The position numbers and the translations under genes are program-made. The notes below the pieces were generated by a model. The model worked only from the letters and a program-made list of their open reading frames with translations. It had not been told where the DNA came from and ran no database searches. A stretch of DNA of 61,242 nt from Promethearchaeota archaeon (GTDB taxonomy: Archaea > Asgardarchaeota > Lokiarchaeia > Sigyniarchaeales > SOKP01), in NCBI GenBank assembly GCA_019057865.1, contig JAHLWP010000024.1, forward strand, positions 1 through 61,242, written 5' to 3'. Shown in pieces: positions 61,036-61,242 of the stretch (positions are counted from its first letter, which is position 1; the number at the start of each line of letters is the position of its first letter).

Positions 61036-61242
61036 GGATATACTTCCTCCTCAACATTCAATTAAATAAGCTGTTTTCTTAATTATTAACTTCTATTTCC
61101 TCTTTATCTGCCGTTTTCATTAAATATCGTTCCCTATCTGTTATGATTAATGCGTTTCTTTCCCTGAGAGTTAATAAAGTCTCTCTCTCTTTCAAATTTC
61201 CTGTAAAAATTTGATTGTTTGGAAAACTTAATTGGAAAAGTA

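Overview
AT-rich archaeal chromosomal segment whose gene content points to an Asgard archaeon, probably Lokiarchaeia (inferred from Rab-like and MglA-like small GTPases, two roadblock/LC7 proteins, a gelsolin-like protein, archaeal ribosomal/RNAP/KEOPS genes, fae-hps and gyrase). Positions 1-9.6 kb are an accessory mosaic of tandem beta-propeller genes, nuclease-like ORFs and fused gene fragments. Positions 9.7-36.5 kb are housekeeping and metabolic genes. Positions 36.5-38 kb hold a hicBA module between two acetyl-CoA synthetase 3'-end fragments. Positions 43-61 kb hold gyrAB, folP, cofE and asnS, bracketed by two large paralogous proteins with C-terminal LAGLIDADG domains. Main finding: the MglA-like GTPase gene (46250-46888), split into two ORFs by the ORF caller, is interrupted by a 33-nt insert (46556-46588) carrying an in-frame UGA. 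Its ends fold into a canonical bulge-helix-bulge motif whose predicted cut sites restore the reading frame and the MglA-family spacing, making it a candidate tRNA-type intron in an Asgard protein-coding mRNA. Also notable are an unidentified, heavily structured ~150-nt element after asnS and an apparent AUA/AUU start for rpl7ae. All calls come from reading the sequence; no database searches were run.
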